From contig PMCS01000030.1 of the NCBI GenBank assembly GCA_003154195.1, positions 59,446 to 123,445 on the forward strand: 64,000 nt of DNA. Reading direction: 5' to 3'. The notes below the pieces were generated by a model. The model was given only the letters and a program-made list of their open reading frames with translations, was not told the origin of the DNA and did not search any database. The translations under genes were made by a program, and so were the position numbers. Source of the stretch: Candidatus Omnitrophota bacterium (GTDB lineage Bacteria; Omnitrophota; Gorgyraeia; Duberdicusellales; 4484-171). How positions within the stretch are numbered: the first letter of the stretch is position 1; each line of letters starts with the position of its first letter. Shown here in pieces: positions 1 to 9,561 of the stretch.

Positions 1-3
1 TCC

Positions 4-1383
4 ATGGGATTAGGGAAAGCATTCGGTATATCTTATCAATCGATACAGGTTTTAATCCAATTGCTGCTTCTTTTTTTGACTCAAATATTAATTTTGCAAA
101 TCATGCGGTTATTGAAAATTAATAAACTGATAACTGCTTTAACAATTCTTTATTTGGGAATTTCGCCGGCAATCGTAAATTCTGCTTTAAGTTTGTTTTC
201 GGAAATTATCACTTATCCTTTAATCCTGGCCGTCATGCTTCTAACTTATAAATCATGGATTTCTTTAACCGGCCGCAGGGGAAGGATTTTTTTGCTGGCT
301 ATACCGGCCGGTTTACTTTTTGCTGCGTTAACCTTAGCCAAAGGGATTTTTGAGGTGGTAACGCCGGTTTTTCTTTTTTTGTTTATCGTTTCGGCATTTT
401 TTACCCTTAATCGAAAAATTATTATCAATATTTTGCTGTACTCAATAGTTTTTTCCGCAGTTTTTTATCCGCTGGTTAATACTTATAAAGCGTTAAATAA
501 AAGATTTAACGGTCATTTTGTCGTTACCGATCGCGGGGAATGGGTAGTTTACGGTTATACGGTTCAGCGAACGGAGCCATTAACGACGGAACGTTTTTTG
601 GCCGGGTTAGCTTATGTGCCCGGCGAAGGCGTATGCAAATCTATATTCGGCGAACAAAAATGCAGCTTTTGGGATTTTCGAAAAGGCAGCCGGTTCGGCA
701 TGGAGAAAATGCAAGATCTTATAAATACAAAAACTATGTCGACGGCAGAAGTGCGCAATACCCTGATTTGGCTGGCCAAAGAAAGAATTCAACAGAACCC
801 GGCTCAATATATACTGCTTACTGCGATGGAAGGGGCAAAAATGTTTTTTTGGGAATCAAGCCAAATGGGTTTTGTCGAATATCCCCCCGGGTTAACAAAA
901 TTATTTTCCTGGGGGCCGTTTAAAAACGGGTTGCGGCTGGGGATATCGTTCTTGCTGTTGCTGGTTTTTGTTTGCGCGGGGACATTTTTTTGGAAAGAAA
1001 GGAAAACAGTGTTAAAAACAGAAAACCCGTCTTTATTCTCCTTCGCCGAATACCCTGCGGCTTGCCGTAGGGATGCCCTCCTTCGCCAAGGCTTCGGAGA
1101 GGTCTCTTCGAAGCTTGAAGAGCGAAGAAGGAAAGGCTCTGCTGCTTGGCTTCGGAGAAATGAAGCTGGATACCCCGCGGCTTGCCGCGGGGAGAACATT
1201 GGTGCTTCATTTATCTATTTTTGCCTGCTATTTATATTTGCTTTTGTAGGCTGTTATTCGTTGCTTCTTATCATCCCCCGATATATTTTACCGGTTGCGC
1301 CGCTGCATTTGGTTATTGCCGCCTATGTTTTTCAGAAAATATTATTAAACAAAAAGACGGTCTTCGAGGAAACATCCATATGA
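4..1383 (+). CDS. Polytopic membrane protein, possibly the C-terminal part of a GT-C (ArnT/PMT-like) glycosyltransferase. The 5' end may extend beyond the window. It carries an in-frame copy of repeat family B at ~1041-1215.
   Basis: Long open frame with many hydrophobic helices. The stop overlaps the next gene's start in an ATGA junction at 1380-1383. Codons ~345-405 are the translation of the family-B hairpin repeat. Confidence 0.45.
   Translation: MGLGKAFGISYQSIQVLIQLLLLFLTQILILQIMRLLKINKLITALTILYLGISPAIVNSALSLFSEIITYPLILAVMLLTYKSWISLTGRRGRIFLLAIPAGLLFAALTLAKGIFEVVTPVFLFLFIVSAFFTLNRKIIINILLYSIVFSAVFYPLVNTYKALNKRFNGHFVVTDRGEWVVYGYTVQRTEPLTTERFLAGLAYVPGEGVCKSIFGEQKCSFWDFRKGSRFGMEKMQDLINTKTMSTAEVRNTLIWLAKERIQQNPAQYILLTAMEGAKMFFWESSQMGFVEYPPGLTKLFSWGPFKNGLRLGISFLLLLVFVCAGTFFWKERKTVLKTENPSLFSFAEYPAACRRDALLRQGFGEVSSKLEERRRKGSAAWLRRNEAGYPAACRGENIGASFIYFCLLFIFAFVGCYSLLLIIPRYILPVAPLHLVIAAYVFQKILLNKKTVFEETSI
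1041..1215. repeat. Family-B repeat (copy 1), embedded in-frame in ORF 4-1383
   Basis: cttcgccgaataCCCTGCGGcttgCCGTAGGGatgccc ... gaagctggataCCCCGCGGcttgCCGCGGGGagaacattggtgcttcattt. Both hairpins keep the CTTG loop. Confidence 0.6.
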
Positions 1384-2840
1384 AAGTTTTGATTTATGTA
1401 GTTTGTTACAATGCCCGGGAGCATATCCATAACGTTTTAAAAAGGATACCCCTGCGGTATCGCGATAACCGCGATGTCGCGTTGCTGGTCAGCGATGACT
1501 GTTCATCCGACAATACCGCCGAAATAGCTTCGCAAAGCTGCAAGGAGTTGGGTTATACTAATTACGAGGTATTCCGGACAAAAGTAAACCAGGGTTACGG
1601 CGGCAACCAGAAGATCGGGTACAATTATGCCTGCAGCAACAATTTTGATTATGTTATTTTGTTGCATGGCGACGGCCAGTATGCGCCCGAAGAACTGGAT
1701 AACTTTTTTAAATTATTCGATGATCAACCGGACGTAATCCTTGGTTCCCGGATGCTGGTAAAAAAAGACGCGCTAAAAGGGAAAATGCCGGTTATAAGAT
1801 TCATTTCCAATATAATTTTAACCAGGATTCAAAATTTTTTAGCGCAAACCGACTTCGCGGAATTTCATACCGGATACCGGGCTTATTCCACGAAATTTCT
1901 TAAGGAAGTTCCCTTCGAATTAAATTCCAATGATTTTGATTTCGATACGGATATTTTGCTCCAGGCTAAATTTTTGGGGAAAAAAATAAAAGAATTTCCC
2001 ATATCAACTTTTTATGGCCAGGAAAAGTCTCGCGTCAAACTTATAAAATACGGCATTGATATTCTTAAAACAACCTTAAGATTTAAGCTGCAGCAAATGG
2101 GGATAGGGTGTTCGTTGAAGTTCAGGGGCAGCAAGCAATCGGTATATAAAGATAAGTTCGGTTATAAGTACACTTCGCATTACTATTTACTCGAAACAAT
2201 AAAAATTTTCAAACCGAAAAGAATACTGGAAATATCATCCGGAGCCGGATACCTGGGCGAAAAGCTGAAAGATGATAATATCTGGCTCGCCGGCATTGAC
2301 CTGTTTTGCCCCCAAAATGAATATTACAACCAATTTTTTTGCGAAAATATCGAACAATTCGACTGGAATAAATTGGACGGCGATCATTTCGATATGGTTT
2401 GCCTTATGGATATTCTGGAGCATTTGAAAGAACCGGAAAGCATTTTATTGGAGTTAAGACGCAACCCTAAATTCGAGAATGCGGTTTTTGTTATCAGTGT
2501 TCCCAACGTCGCGTTTTTTTCGATCAGGATCGGATTGCTTTTCGGTTCTTTTAATTATGCCGACAGGGGAATCCTCGATATCAGCCATAAACGTTTATTT
2601 ACCCACAGCTCTTTCAGCACGATGCTTAAAGAATGCGGGTTTAAAATCAGCAAAACTATACCGATTCCCCCGCCGTTTAAATTATTAAGCCAAGGTTTTA
2701 TTTCTTCTATCCTGGCGATAATTTTTAATTTATTAAATAAAGTTCTTCCCGGGTTATTTGCATTCCAGATTATAAAAATAGCTGTGCCTATCCCGGTCTC
2801 TACCAATATAATCAACAAACACCTGGAAAAATATAGTTAG
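1380..2840 (+). CDS. Bifunctional GT2 glycosyltransferase (N-terminal) plus class-I SAM methyltransferase (C-terminal)
   Basis: N-terminal VCYNAREHI...DDCSSDNT is a GT2 signature. The C-terminus has ILEISSGAGYLG (SAM-binding motif I) and DMVCLMDILEHL. The ATG at 1380 forms an ATGA overlap with the upstream stop. Confidence 0.7.
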   Translation: MKVLIYVVCYNAREHIHNVLKRIPLRYRDNRDVALLVSDDCSSDNTAEIASQSCKELGYTNYEVFRTKVNQGYGGNQKIGYNYACSNNFDYVILLHGDGQYAPEELDNFFKLFDDQPDVILGSRMLVKKDALKGKMPVIRFISNIILTRIQNFLAQTDFAEFHTGYRAYSTKFLKEVPFELNSNDFDFDTDILLQAKFLGKKIKEFPISTFYGQEKSRVKLIKYGIDILKTTLRFKLQQMGIGCSLKFRGSKQSVYKDKFGYKYTSHYYLLETIKIFKPKRILEISSGAGYLGEKLKDDNIWLAGIDLFCPQNEYYNQFFCENIEQFDWNKLDGDHFDMVCLMDILEHLKEPESILLELRRNPKFENAVFVISVPNVAFFSIRIGLLFGSFNYADRGILDISHKRLFTHSSFSTMLKECGFKISKTIPIPPPFKLLSQGFISSILAIIFNLLNKVLPGLFAFQIIKIAVPIPVSTNIINKHLEKYS

Positions 2841-2861
2841 GAAGAAATTTGAGGGGATGGA

Positions 2862-4781
2862 ATGAATTACTTGCAGTTCGGATTATTTTTTATCTATGTT
2901 TTTTCTACTCTTTTGTGCGGAGCGGGTATCTATAATTTTATCGATAAAGGCCGTAAATCCATTATAAATAGAAGTATTTATTTAGGCGAAGTGTTTTTGC
3001 TGGGCAGTATTCTTCTTGTAGGGGAAATGCTGTTTTTATCTTTAATCGGGTTATATAAAGCCCCTTATCTCTGGGCGGTGGTGTTGGCAAATTTTATCCT
3101 TCTTTTCAATAAGGATATCAGGGGAGGAATCAGTTATCTTTGGTCAAAAAAAATAGCCGATGTTTTTCCGACAAGTATTTTCATTATTCTACTTGTTATT
3201 TTCTTTTTTAGAAATTGCTATTTTTTGTTTGATACGGATTCCTGTTCCACTTATTTATTTGCTCAAAAACTTTGGCTTTCTGCCGGGTCAAGCCTTACCG
3301 GCGGCATTGGGAGCGACGTGAGGATATTTGCCCCACAGTTTAACGCTGTTCCTTACAGTTTAGGATTGTCTCTTTTCGGCAACGAAACTTTATTCCCTCA
3401 GCTGGTGAATTTATTTTGGCGCCTGATCGTCCTTTTTCTGGTTTTTGGATATACGCGCTATCGTTTTAATGGATATTATGGATTAGCTGCCGCGATGTTC
3501 GTTCTTTTGAATGAGCATTTCTTTTATTCGGGTATCAACAAGGCGGTGATAATAAATGGAGCCGTTATCGCTTTTATTTTTGCCGCGGCATATAATTTTT
3601 GGGAAAGTCGTACCCAAAAAAATGATTTTCGTTTTTTATTAGCCCTGGTTTTCTTGAGCCAGATTATCGCTAATAAATATCAGGCGGCCGGAGTTTTATT
3701 TTTTTTAACCGTAATGGGATTTTTTGCGCAATTTAATCCCGTGAAACAAATAAAAGAAATACTGTACAATAGAAAATGGCGGGGTATTTTATTGGGGGCT
3801 TTGTTTATCCTGTCTTTATGGTTTATTAAGAATTTTTTATTGACCGGGGATCCGCTATTTCCGGCTTTTGCCGGTAAGCTTGGGGTTTTTAATTGGAACC
3901 CCGAACTGGAAAAAGTAATATTAAAGACGAGTTCAAGTTTAACCGCCGCGAAGTTTTTTAAATATATGAACTTCTTTTTTATCTGGCCGGGGATTAATGC
4001 CGCGAAATATGTAATCCTGACTATTGCTTTTTTTCCTTTAATTATTTTCAGGTATAGTATGAAATCCGAAATAGACAAGAGCCTGATTTTTGAATTGTCT
4101 TTTTGGCTGGGGGTTTCTTTATTAACGGTCATGGGGATATGTTTTGTAGCCTGGCAGGATCCCCGAGCTTACCGTTATCTCATCGGAGTGCTATCTTTTA
4201 CGGCTGTTTTTTCTATCCACTTTATCTTAAGATATGTATTTAATATTAGAAAAAAAATATTGTTATGCAGTGTAATGTTGATTTTACCCTTAATGGCTGG
4301 GGCTAATGAGGGTTACAAAATTATTTATCAAGCAGGGGGAGGCCTTGAAGTACCTGCGCTAAGAGATAATATCGATGTTATTTTAAATATAGCCCACACT
4401 GATCTCGTTATTAAAAAGCACTATCCCAACGTAGCATCAATACTAAATGTAATAAATGAAAATGAAGGAAAAATGGCCAAGAGCGCCTGGGATATCAATT
4501 CTTTTGACCTGAATTTCCCAGCTTTCTTTTTACCGGTGAGGCCGGTGGTTTCATTATGGGCGAGTACGATTATCAAATGGGATTCGTATAGCAGTGACAG
4601 CTTGATCGTTAATGATTTAAGAAGTTTTGGTATTGAATGGATTATGGAAATGAGGGAGGGAAAACTGGTTTTTCTTCCCATTGAAGAGTATGCCCGGGAA
4701 GCGGCGCGGTATGAGCGTTATCCGAAAACAACTTCCTTTGATTATGGGTTTCCCGAAGAATTAACCAGGGTTGTTTATTGA
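2862..4781 (+). CDS. Polytopic membrane protein, GT-C-like, with a C-terminal soluble domain. Paralog of the 4970 gene through a shared GDPLFP motif.
   Basis: About 12 predicted TM helices followed by a ~180-aa hydrophilic tail. The motif LLTGDPLFPAF recurs in the 4970 protein as YSGTPLFPF. GAGGGGA RBS upstream. Confidence 0.5.
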   Translation: MNYLQFGLFFIYVFSTLLCGAGIYNFIDKGRKSIINRSIYLGEVFLLGSILLVGEMLFLSLIGLYKAPYLWAVVLANFILLFNKDIRGGISYLWSKKIADVFPTSIFIILLVIFFFRNCYFLFDTDSCSTYLFAQKLWLSAGSSLTGGIGSDVRIFAPQFNAVPYSLGLSLFGNETLFPQLVNLFWRLIVLFLVFGYTRYRFNGYYGLAAAMFVLLNEHFFYSGINKAVIINGAVIAFIFAAAYNFWESRTQKNDFRFLLALVFLSQIIANKYQAAGVLFFLTVMGFFAQFNPVKQIKEILYNRKWRGILLGALFILSLWFIKNFLLTGDPLFPAFAGKLGVFNWNPELEKVILKTSSSLTAAKFFKYMNFFFIWPGINAAKYVILTIAFFPLIIFRYSMKSEIDKSLIFELSFWLGVSLLTVMGICFVAWQDPRAYRYLIGVLSFTAVFSIHFILRYVFNIRKKILLCSVMLILPLMAGANEGYKIIYQAGGGLEVPALRDNIDVILNIAHTDLVIKKHYPNVASILNVINENEGKMAKSAWDINSFDLNFPAFFLPVRPVVSLWASTIIKWDSYSSDSLIVNDLRSFGIEWIMEMREGKLVFLPIEEYAREAARYERYPKTTSFDYGFPEELTRVVY

Positions 4782-4784
4782 TTT

Positions 4785-4835
4785 TTCCGGCTGGACTGCC
4801 GGCGAAATCGCCGGCGAGCCGGAAAAATTTCCCGC
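4785..4835 (+). terminator. Nested GC-rich hairpin downstream of the 2862 gene (candidate intrinsic terminator)
   Basis: tttttccggc...gccggcgaaatcgccggc...gccggaaaaa forms a perfect outer stem ttccggc/gccggaa around an inner stem gccggcg/cgccggc. Confidence 0.4.
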
Positions 4836-4969
4836 CTTTGGCGGTATCCCGCTTCCCTGATATAAATATTCAAGGAAGGCGGTTATCAGGGTTGAATTCC
4901 CTGCAGCTTGTTGCGGGGAGGCTAAAGAGATATGCCCGATTATAAAAGCTATTTTAAAAGACCGGCCGT

Positions 4970-6667
4970 TTGGGATGTTTATACCCTAGCGGTAACTATT
5001 TTGTATATGCTATGGAAAGTAAAAGTTATTTTGGCAAGATTTTTTTAAGAGTATCTCATTTACCTACTATTCTTTTGATTGCGGGGTACTTGAGCTATTG
5101 GATCGAATTATATTTTATAAGAAAAAAAGGAGGAGCGGCTTCTCCTTTTGCTTTTATTTTATTTGCGGCATTTTCGATTTTTGTATTGTTTCATCGAAGG
5201 CGGCATATCCGGCAATTTTTTTCGTGGTTTGTTCAAGAGTACAAAAAACAGGAAAAAATAAGCAAGTATTTTTTGATAATTTCCTTCGGGCTTATTATCC
5301 CCATAATTATCATTGCATTTTATGCTCATTTGCTGCCGCCCCATCTAATCCAGGAATCCGATGCTTTAAATTATCATTTCACCTTACCTCATCAGCATCT
5401 TATCTCCGGTTCTTTTAAACATATCCGCTGGTCTTCGGCAGATTTATTTCCCTTGCCGGTACAATTTGCCCTGGCGCCATATTGGTTTGTGACCGAGCTG
5501 CCTAATAAATTTCCTCAATTTTTCTTTTTGATCGGCCTGGTTTTGGTAGCGGTCAATCTAGTGAAACAACTCGGTAATAATAATGTTTTCACCATGTGCC
5601 TTATGGCGTTTTCTATTTTTGGTTCGCATTTTTTAGGCATCCAGATCGGTACGGCAATGCTGGATATCGTTTTATGCTATCTTCTTTTTGCCGCGCTGGA
5701 TAGTTTTTTACAAGGCGACATTCTGGCAAGCGCAGTTGAGTTTACTTTTTTCTTATGGTCGAAATCCTTCATGCCTTTCCAGGTTTTTTTTATCGCCCTT
5801 GCCATGCTGCTGCTTTTTTTTATTCTTAAAAGGGCAGGGTTTAAAGATATCGGCTGGGGATTTACCGAAATAAACAGCCAGGATAATAAGCGGCGCTATC
5901 TTGCCCTATTAAAAAAAATGCCGGTACTTCTTATTTTGTTTACCGTCTTGATCGGCGGGCCTTTTTTAATCAAGTCGGCTTATTATTCAGGAACACCGCT
6001 ATTTCCTTTTATGCCGGGGATTATCAAGATAAACAAAAATATTGATAAGAACTCCGATGCCTGGCGATCTATATTAGCATCGTCGGAGTCCTATGTGAGC
6101 AAGAAAGATATGTATGGGTATGGGAGGTCCCCGGTTGCTTTTATACGCCATTTATTCTTGATCGCTGTTCCGGAAGAGGGGGTTAATAACCGGTATGATT
6201 ATCCGGTAGGTTTGCCATATTTGCTTTTCGCAGGGCCATTTTTATATTTTTTATTTTTTTCGTTAAAGAAAAAACAATTCGTAATCCTGCCGTTGTTTAT
6301 AATATTTTATTGGATATCCTGGTGGTTTGGTTCGCACCAGACAAGATTTCTTTATATTCCTATTTTTCTTATTATTGCCGTGAGTTTACCGGCAATAAAA
6401 GTTAAATCTAAGATATTTATGGCGGCGATAGTGATTTCATTATTAACTACCGGGATGTCGGTATTCCGGGCTCACCGTAAAGATTTTGGATTATTAGGAA
6501 AAATCGATATTCTAAGAGAAAAAGACCGGCGAATAGTGGAAATGAATAAGAGATATTCGGGGATTGATAGAGGCAGTGCAATTTCTCTCGACTATTACGA
6601 TGTTGCCTACGCGAAGTTCCCGGTTAATGTAACAAAGGAAGAATTACCCTGGATTTTATCCCGTTAG
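4970..6667 (+). CDS. Polytopic membrane protein, paralog of the 2862 gene; candidate membrane glycosyltransferase or polymerase
   Basis: Many TM helices, the motif SGTPLFPFMPG and a hydrophilic C-terminal segment. The ORF-track start is TTG at 4970; the first ATG is at 5012. Confidence 0.5.
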   Translation: MGCLYPSGNYFVYAMESKSYFGKIFLRVSHLPTILLIAGYLSYWIELYFIRKKGGAASPFAFILFAAFSIFVLFHRRRHIRQFFSWFVQEYKKQEKISKYFLIISFGLIIPIIIIAFYAHLLPPHLIQESDALNYHFTLPHQHLISGSFKHIRWSSADLFPLPVQFALAPYWFVTELPNKFPQFFFLIGLVLVAVNLVKQLGNNNVFTMCLMAFSIFGSHFLGIQIGTAMLDIVLCYLLFAALDSFLQGDILASAVEFTFFLWSKSFMPFQVFFIALAMLLLFFILKRAGFKDIGWGFTEINSQDNKRRYLALLKKMPVLLILFTVLIGGPFLIKSAYYSGTPLFPFMPGIIKINKNIDKNSDAWRSILASSESYVSKKDMYGYGRSPVAFIRHLFLIAVPEEGVNNRYDYPVGLPYLLFAGPFLYFLFFSLKKKQFVILPLFIIFYWISWWFGSHQTRFLYIPIFLIIAVSLPAIKVKSKIFMAAIVISLLTTGMSVFRAHRKDFGLLGKIDILREKDRRIVEMNKRYSGIDRGSAISLDYYDVAYAKFPVNVTKEELPWILSR

Positions 6668-6800
6668 CAGGAATATCCCCGCCGTGAGGCGGGGGATGAT
6701 AGCAGGACGGGGCGTCGCCCCACGGGGCGTATTAGAGAGGTACCACGGGCGCTCGCCTCTCGGCGAAGCCGAAGGGTAAGCCCGTGGGGCTCCAGTACCG
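6668..6800. repeat. GC-rich structured repeat (family C, copy 1) with a GNRA-like hairpin
   Basis: ccccgccGTGAggcgggg is a 7-bp stem with a GTGA loop. It is followed by ggggcgtcgccccacggggcg and ctcgcctctcggcgaagcc. The inverse of that last core recurs at 12740-12770. Confidence 0.5.
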
Positions 6801-6920
6801 CGTCAACTTAATTTTTAATAGTGGTGCGCGGTACAAGTGCATGTAGAAATTAATTTTTCCTGAAGCGATACCGGTAAAAATTAATTTGACAGTGCACTAG
6901 TCGGTGCGAAGCCGCGAAGA

Positions 6921-8396
6921 TTGACAACAAACCCACCGACAAAGTCGGTGGCAAATTTTGCCGCGCCGGCGCGGTTACAAAAGAAGAAAGACGTGAAAAT
7001 ATATTTGATTAATCCCCCATGGTTTACCAAAGAAGATAATATCTGGTCTTATATCAGAGGAGTTAACCCGCCTTTGGGGCTGCTCAATTTAGCGGCTTAT
7101 CTTGAAAAAGCAAAAGTTGACGTTGATATTATCGATTTCCAGACTTCTTCCTGGAGTTGGGAAGGAATAGAGCGAAAAGTTCAATCGCTAAAATGTGATT
7201 TTTTTGGGATAACCGCTACTACTCCTATCGTAAATAATGCTTATCGTATTTGTGACATAATAAAATATTTACATCCTTCATCGAAAATCATCCTCGGTGG
7301 AGTCCACGCTACGGCATTGCCGGAGGAAGCTTTAGGCAAGCCGGCGATTGATTACGTGGTACGGGGCGAAGGGGAAGTCGCGTTGTTGAGTTTAATCCAG
7401 GGGGCGCCGCTTGACGGTATAGCGGGAATTTCTTATAGGGAAAATGGAAAATATAAGCATGTTAAGCCTGACGGCATCATACCCGACTTAGATGATTTAC
7501 CTTTTCCCGCTTACCATAAAATAAACTTATCCGATTATCATCCTACGGTAGGATCCTACAAAAGGCTGCCGGCAGTTAGTCTGCTTACCACGCGAGGGTG
7601 TATGGGAAAATGTACTTTTTGTAATTCGGCGAATATCCCCTTAAGGGTAAGGAATGCGGATAATATTTTTCAGGAAATAGAAATGCTTTCAAGGAAATAT
7701 GGCATAAAAGAAATATCTTTCTATGATGATACTTTTGTCGCCTATCGTAAAAATATAATGAGATTATGCGAATTGATTATCAAGAATAAACTCGATTTAA
7801 CATGGTCGTGTTTTGCCCGGACAGATTGCGTAAACACGGACATTTTGAAAATAATGAAACGAGCCGGTTGCCATCAGATCATGTATGGGATTGAATCGGC
7901 CCAAAAGGAAATTCTGGCAAATATCAAAAAACACTGCATTGATAGCCGCAGCATCAAGCAGGCGATAGAAATTACTAAAAAAGCCGGGATAACTGTGCGT
8001 TGCGCTTTTATGTTCGGTAGTCCGGGAGAAACAGAAGAAACGATAGACGATACTATCGAATATTCGATACGGCTCGATCCGGATATCGCGATATATAATA
8101 TAACTACTCCTTACCCCGGGACAGAAATGTTCAGGTGGGCAAAAGAGCGGGGATATTTAAGAACAGAGAATTGGGATGATTACGACTTAAGCAAGCCGAT
8201 TATGGATTTGCCTACTATCAACGGGAAGGTTTTGACGCAAAAATACCGACAGGCCTTTGTCCGGTTTTATTTCAGGCCCAAACTAATCTTTAAAAAAATG
8301 TTCAGCATAAGATTTTTGACGGATTTACCTATTTTAATCAAAGGTATGAAGAGTATCCTTAATTTTGCGTGCCGGATCCGTAATGAAGGGGTTTAA
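6921..8396 (+). CDS. Cobalamin (B12)-binding radical SAM enzyme (class B; candidate C-methyltransferase or rearrangement enzyme)
   Basis: N-terminal Rossmann-like B12-binding region (KIYLINPPW...LGLLNLAAYL...DIIDF). Radical-SAM cluster motif GCMGKCTFC (CX3CX2C). The start is uncertain (TTG at 6921 or GTG near 6993). Confidence 0.75.
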   Translation: MTTNPPTKSVANFAAPARLQKKKDVKIYLINPPWFTKEDNIWSYIRGVNPPLGLLNLAAYLEKAKVDVDIIDFQTSSWSWEGIERKVQSLKCDFFGITATTPIVNNAYRICDIIKYLHPSSKIILGGVHATALPEEALGKPAIDYVVRGEGEVALLSLIQGAPLDGIAGISYRENGKYKHVKPDGIIPDLDDLPFPAYHKINLSDYHPTVGSYKRLPAVSLLTTRGCMGKCTFCNSANIPLRVRNADNIFQEIEMLSRKYGIKEISFYDDTFVAYRKNIMRLCELIIKNKLDLTWSCFARTDCVNTDILKIMKRAGCHQIMYGIESAQKEILANIKKHCIDSRSIKQAIEITKKAGITVRCAFMFGSPGETEETIDDTIEYSIRLDPDIAIYNITTPYPGTEMFRWAKERGYLRTENWDDYDLSKPIMDLPTINGKVLTQKYRQAFVRFYFRPKLIFKKMFSIRFLTDLPILIKGMKSILNFACRIRNEGV

Positions 8397-8400
8397 AAAT

Positions 8401-9177
8401 ATGGCTGGAAAATATAATTATTTTAACATTCTGGGCGTAAAGGTTTCGGCGATAGCTATCGACGATGCCTGCAATTTTGTGAAAGGCGCGATAGCGGATA
8501 ATACAAAGACCTATGTCTGCGTGTGCCCGGTCAGCACGATTATGGAGTGCCAAAAAGATGAGAGAATGATGGCGGTAGTTAACTCGGCTGGTTTAGTTAC
8601 CCCTGACGGTATGCCGGTGGTATGGCTGGGAAAAATTAAAGGATATAAGAATATAAGCAGGGTTTATGGCCCGGATTTAATCTCTGAACTTTGTAAGATC
8701 TCCGAAGGGAAAGGATACAAAAATTATTTCTATGGCTGCACCCCTGATGTTTTAGATAAGCTTAAGCAAAGATTAAAAGATGTTTTTCCCGGTTTGTTGA
8801 TAGCAGGGATGTATTCTCCGCCGTTTCGTCAATTGGCCAAAGAAGAGGATGATGGGGTCGTTAAGGATATAAATAATGTTAATCCGGATATAATATGGGT
8901 AGGCCTGGGCTCGCCCAAGCAGGATATCTGGATGTATGAGCATAGGGATAGAATCAACGCGCCGGTGATGGTGGGTGTCGGCGCGGCGTTTGATTTTTTG
9001 GCCGGGACCAAGCCCCAGGCGCCAAAGTGGATGCGCGATAACGGCTTGGAATGGTTATTCCGCCTGGTTAGCGAGCCTAAGCGGTTATGGAAGAGATATC
9101 TTATCGGTAATACTTTGTTTATTTGGTATCTGCTTGGGGAGTTGACCCGGCAGCGGTTTCGACCGGGGCGAAAATAA
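8401..9177 (+). CDS. WecB/TagA/CpsF-family (GT26) glycosyltransferase
   Basis: YNYFNILGVKVSAI...LVTPDGMPVVW...SPPF...VGLGSPKQD matches the TagA/WecG N-acetylmannosaminyltransferase family. AAGGGG RBS 11 nt upstream of the ATG at 8401. Confidence 0.75.
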   Translation: MAGKYNYFNILGVKVSAIAIDDACNFVKGAIADNTKTYVCVCPVSTIMECQKDERMMAVVNSAGLVTPDGMPVVWLGKIKGYKNISRVYGPDLISELCKISEGKGYKNYFYGCTPDVLDKLKQRLKDVFPGLLIAGMYSPPFRQLAKEEDDGVVKDINNVNPDIIWVGLGSPKQDIWMYEHRDRINAPVMVGVGAAFDFLAGTKPQAPKWMRDNGLEWLFRLVSEPKRLWKRYLIGNTLFIWYLLGELTRQRFRPGRK

Positions 9178-9205
9178 CTGTACGAACAAATTTTTGAACA
9201 AATTT

Positions 9206-9247
9206 TGAATTGACGCTGTTTTAGCTTATGATATAGTAGACTACATT
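9206..9247 (+). promoter_or_regulatory. Conserved 42-bp promoter-like module (family F, copy 1)
   Basis: TTGAATTGACGctgttttagcttatgaTATAGTagactacat is ~85% identical to 12908-12949. It contains TTGACG and TATAGT separated by about 17 bp. Confidence 0.45.
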
Positions 9248-9383
9248 AGAAAGTCCATGCCTGAATGTGCCCGTTTTTTTTCGTGTAATCAAAATGCGCC
9301 CAACGATTTTTCTTGTTAGAATGATTCCTGTTTTTTGCGCGACAAAAAGTTAATTACCACTGACTGAAATTGGTGGTTTTATT

Positions 9384-9439
9384 GTTGAACTATCCCCTAC
9401 GGGGATAGTTCAACTACATCCCGCCGTATACGGCGGGAT
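9384..9439. repeat. Two consecutive perfect hairpins (14-bp and 8-bp stems)
   Basis: gttgaactatcccc-tac-ggggatagttcaac (9384-9414) and atcccgcc-gtatac-ggcgggat (9418-9439). Confidence 0.6.
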
Positions 9440-9515
9440 AAGTTTCGCTACCGTCTCACACTACGCCCCCGCCATCCCATAGATGGCGAGGTCTCGTCAA
9501 TTCGTTTAACGAATT
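9440..9515 (-). repeat. Family-D repeat, partial inverted copy (Z)
   Basis: The reverse complement matches 47345-47400: cgagacctcgccatctayggatggcggggRcgt plus an attcg hairpin. Confidence 0.55.
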
Positions 9516-9561
9516 GACGGACTTCAGGCTTGTGCCCGGCGAAGTCTCATTAATAAAAATA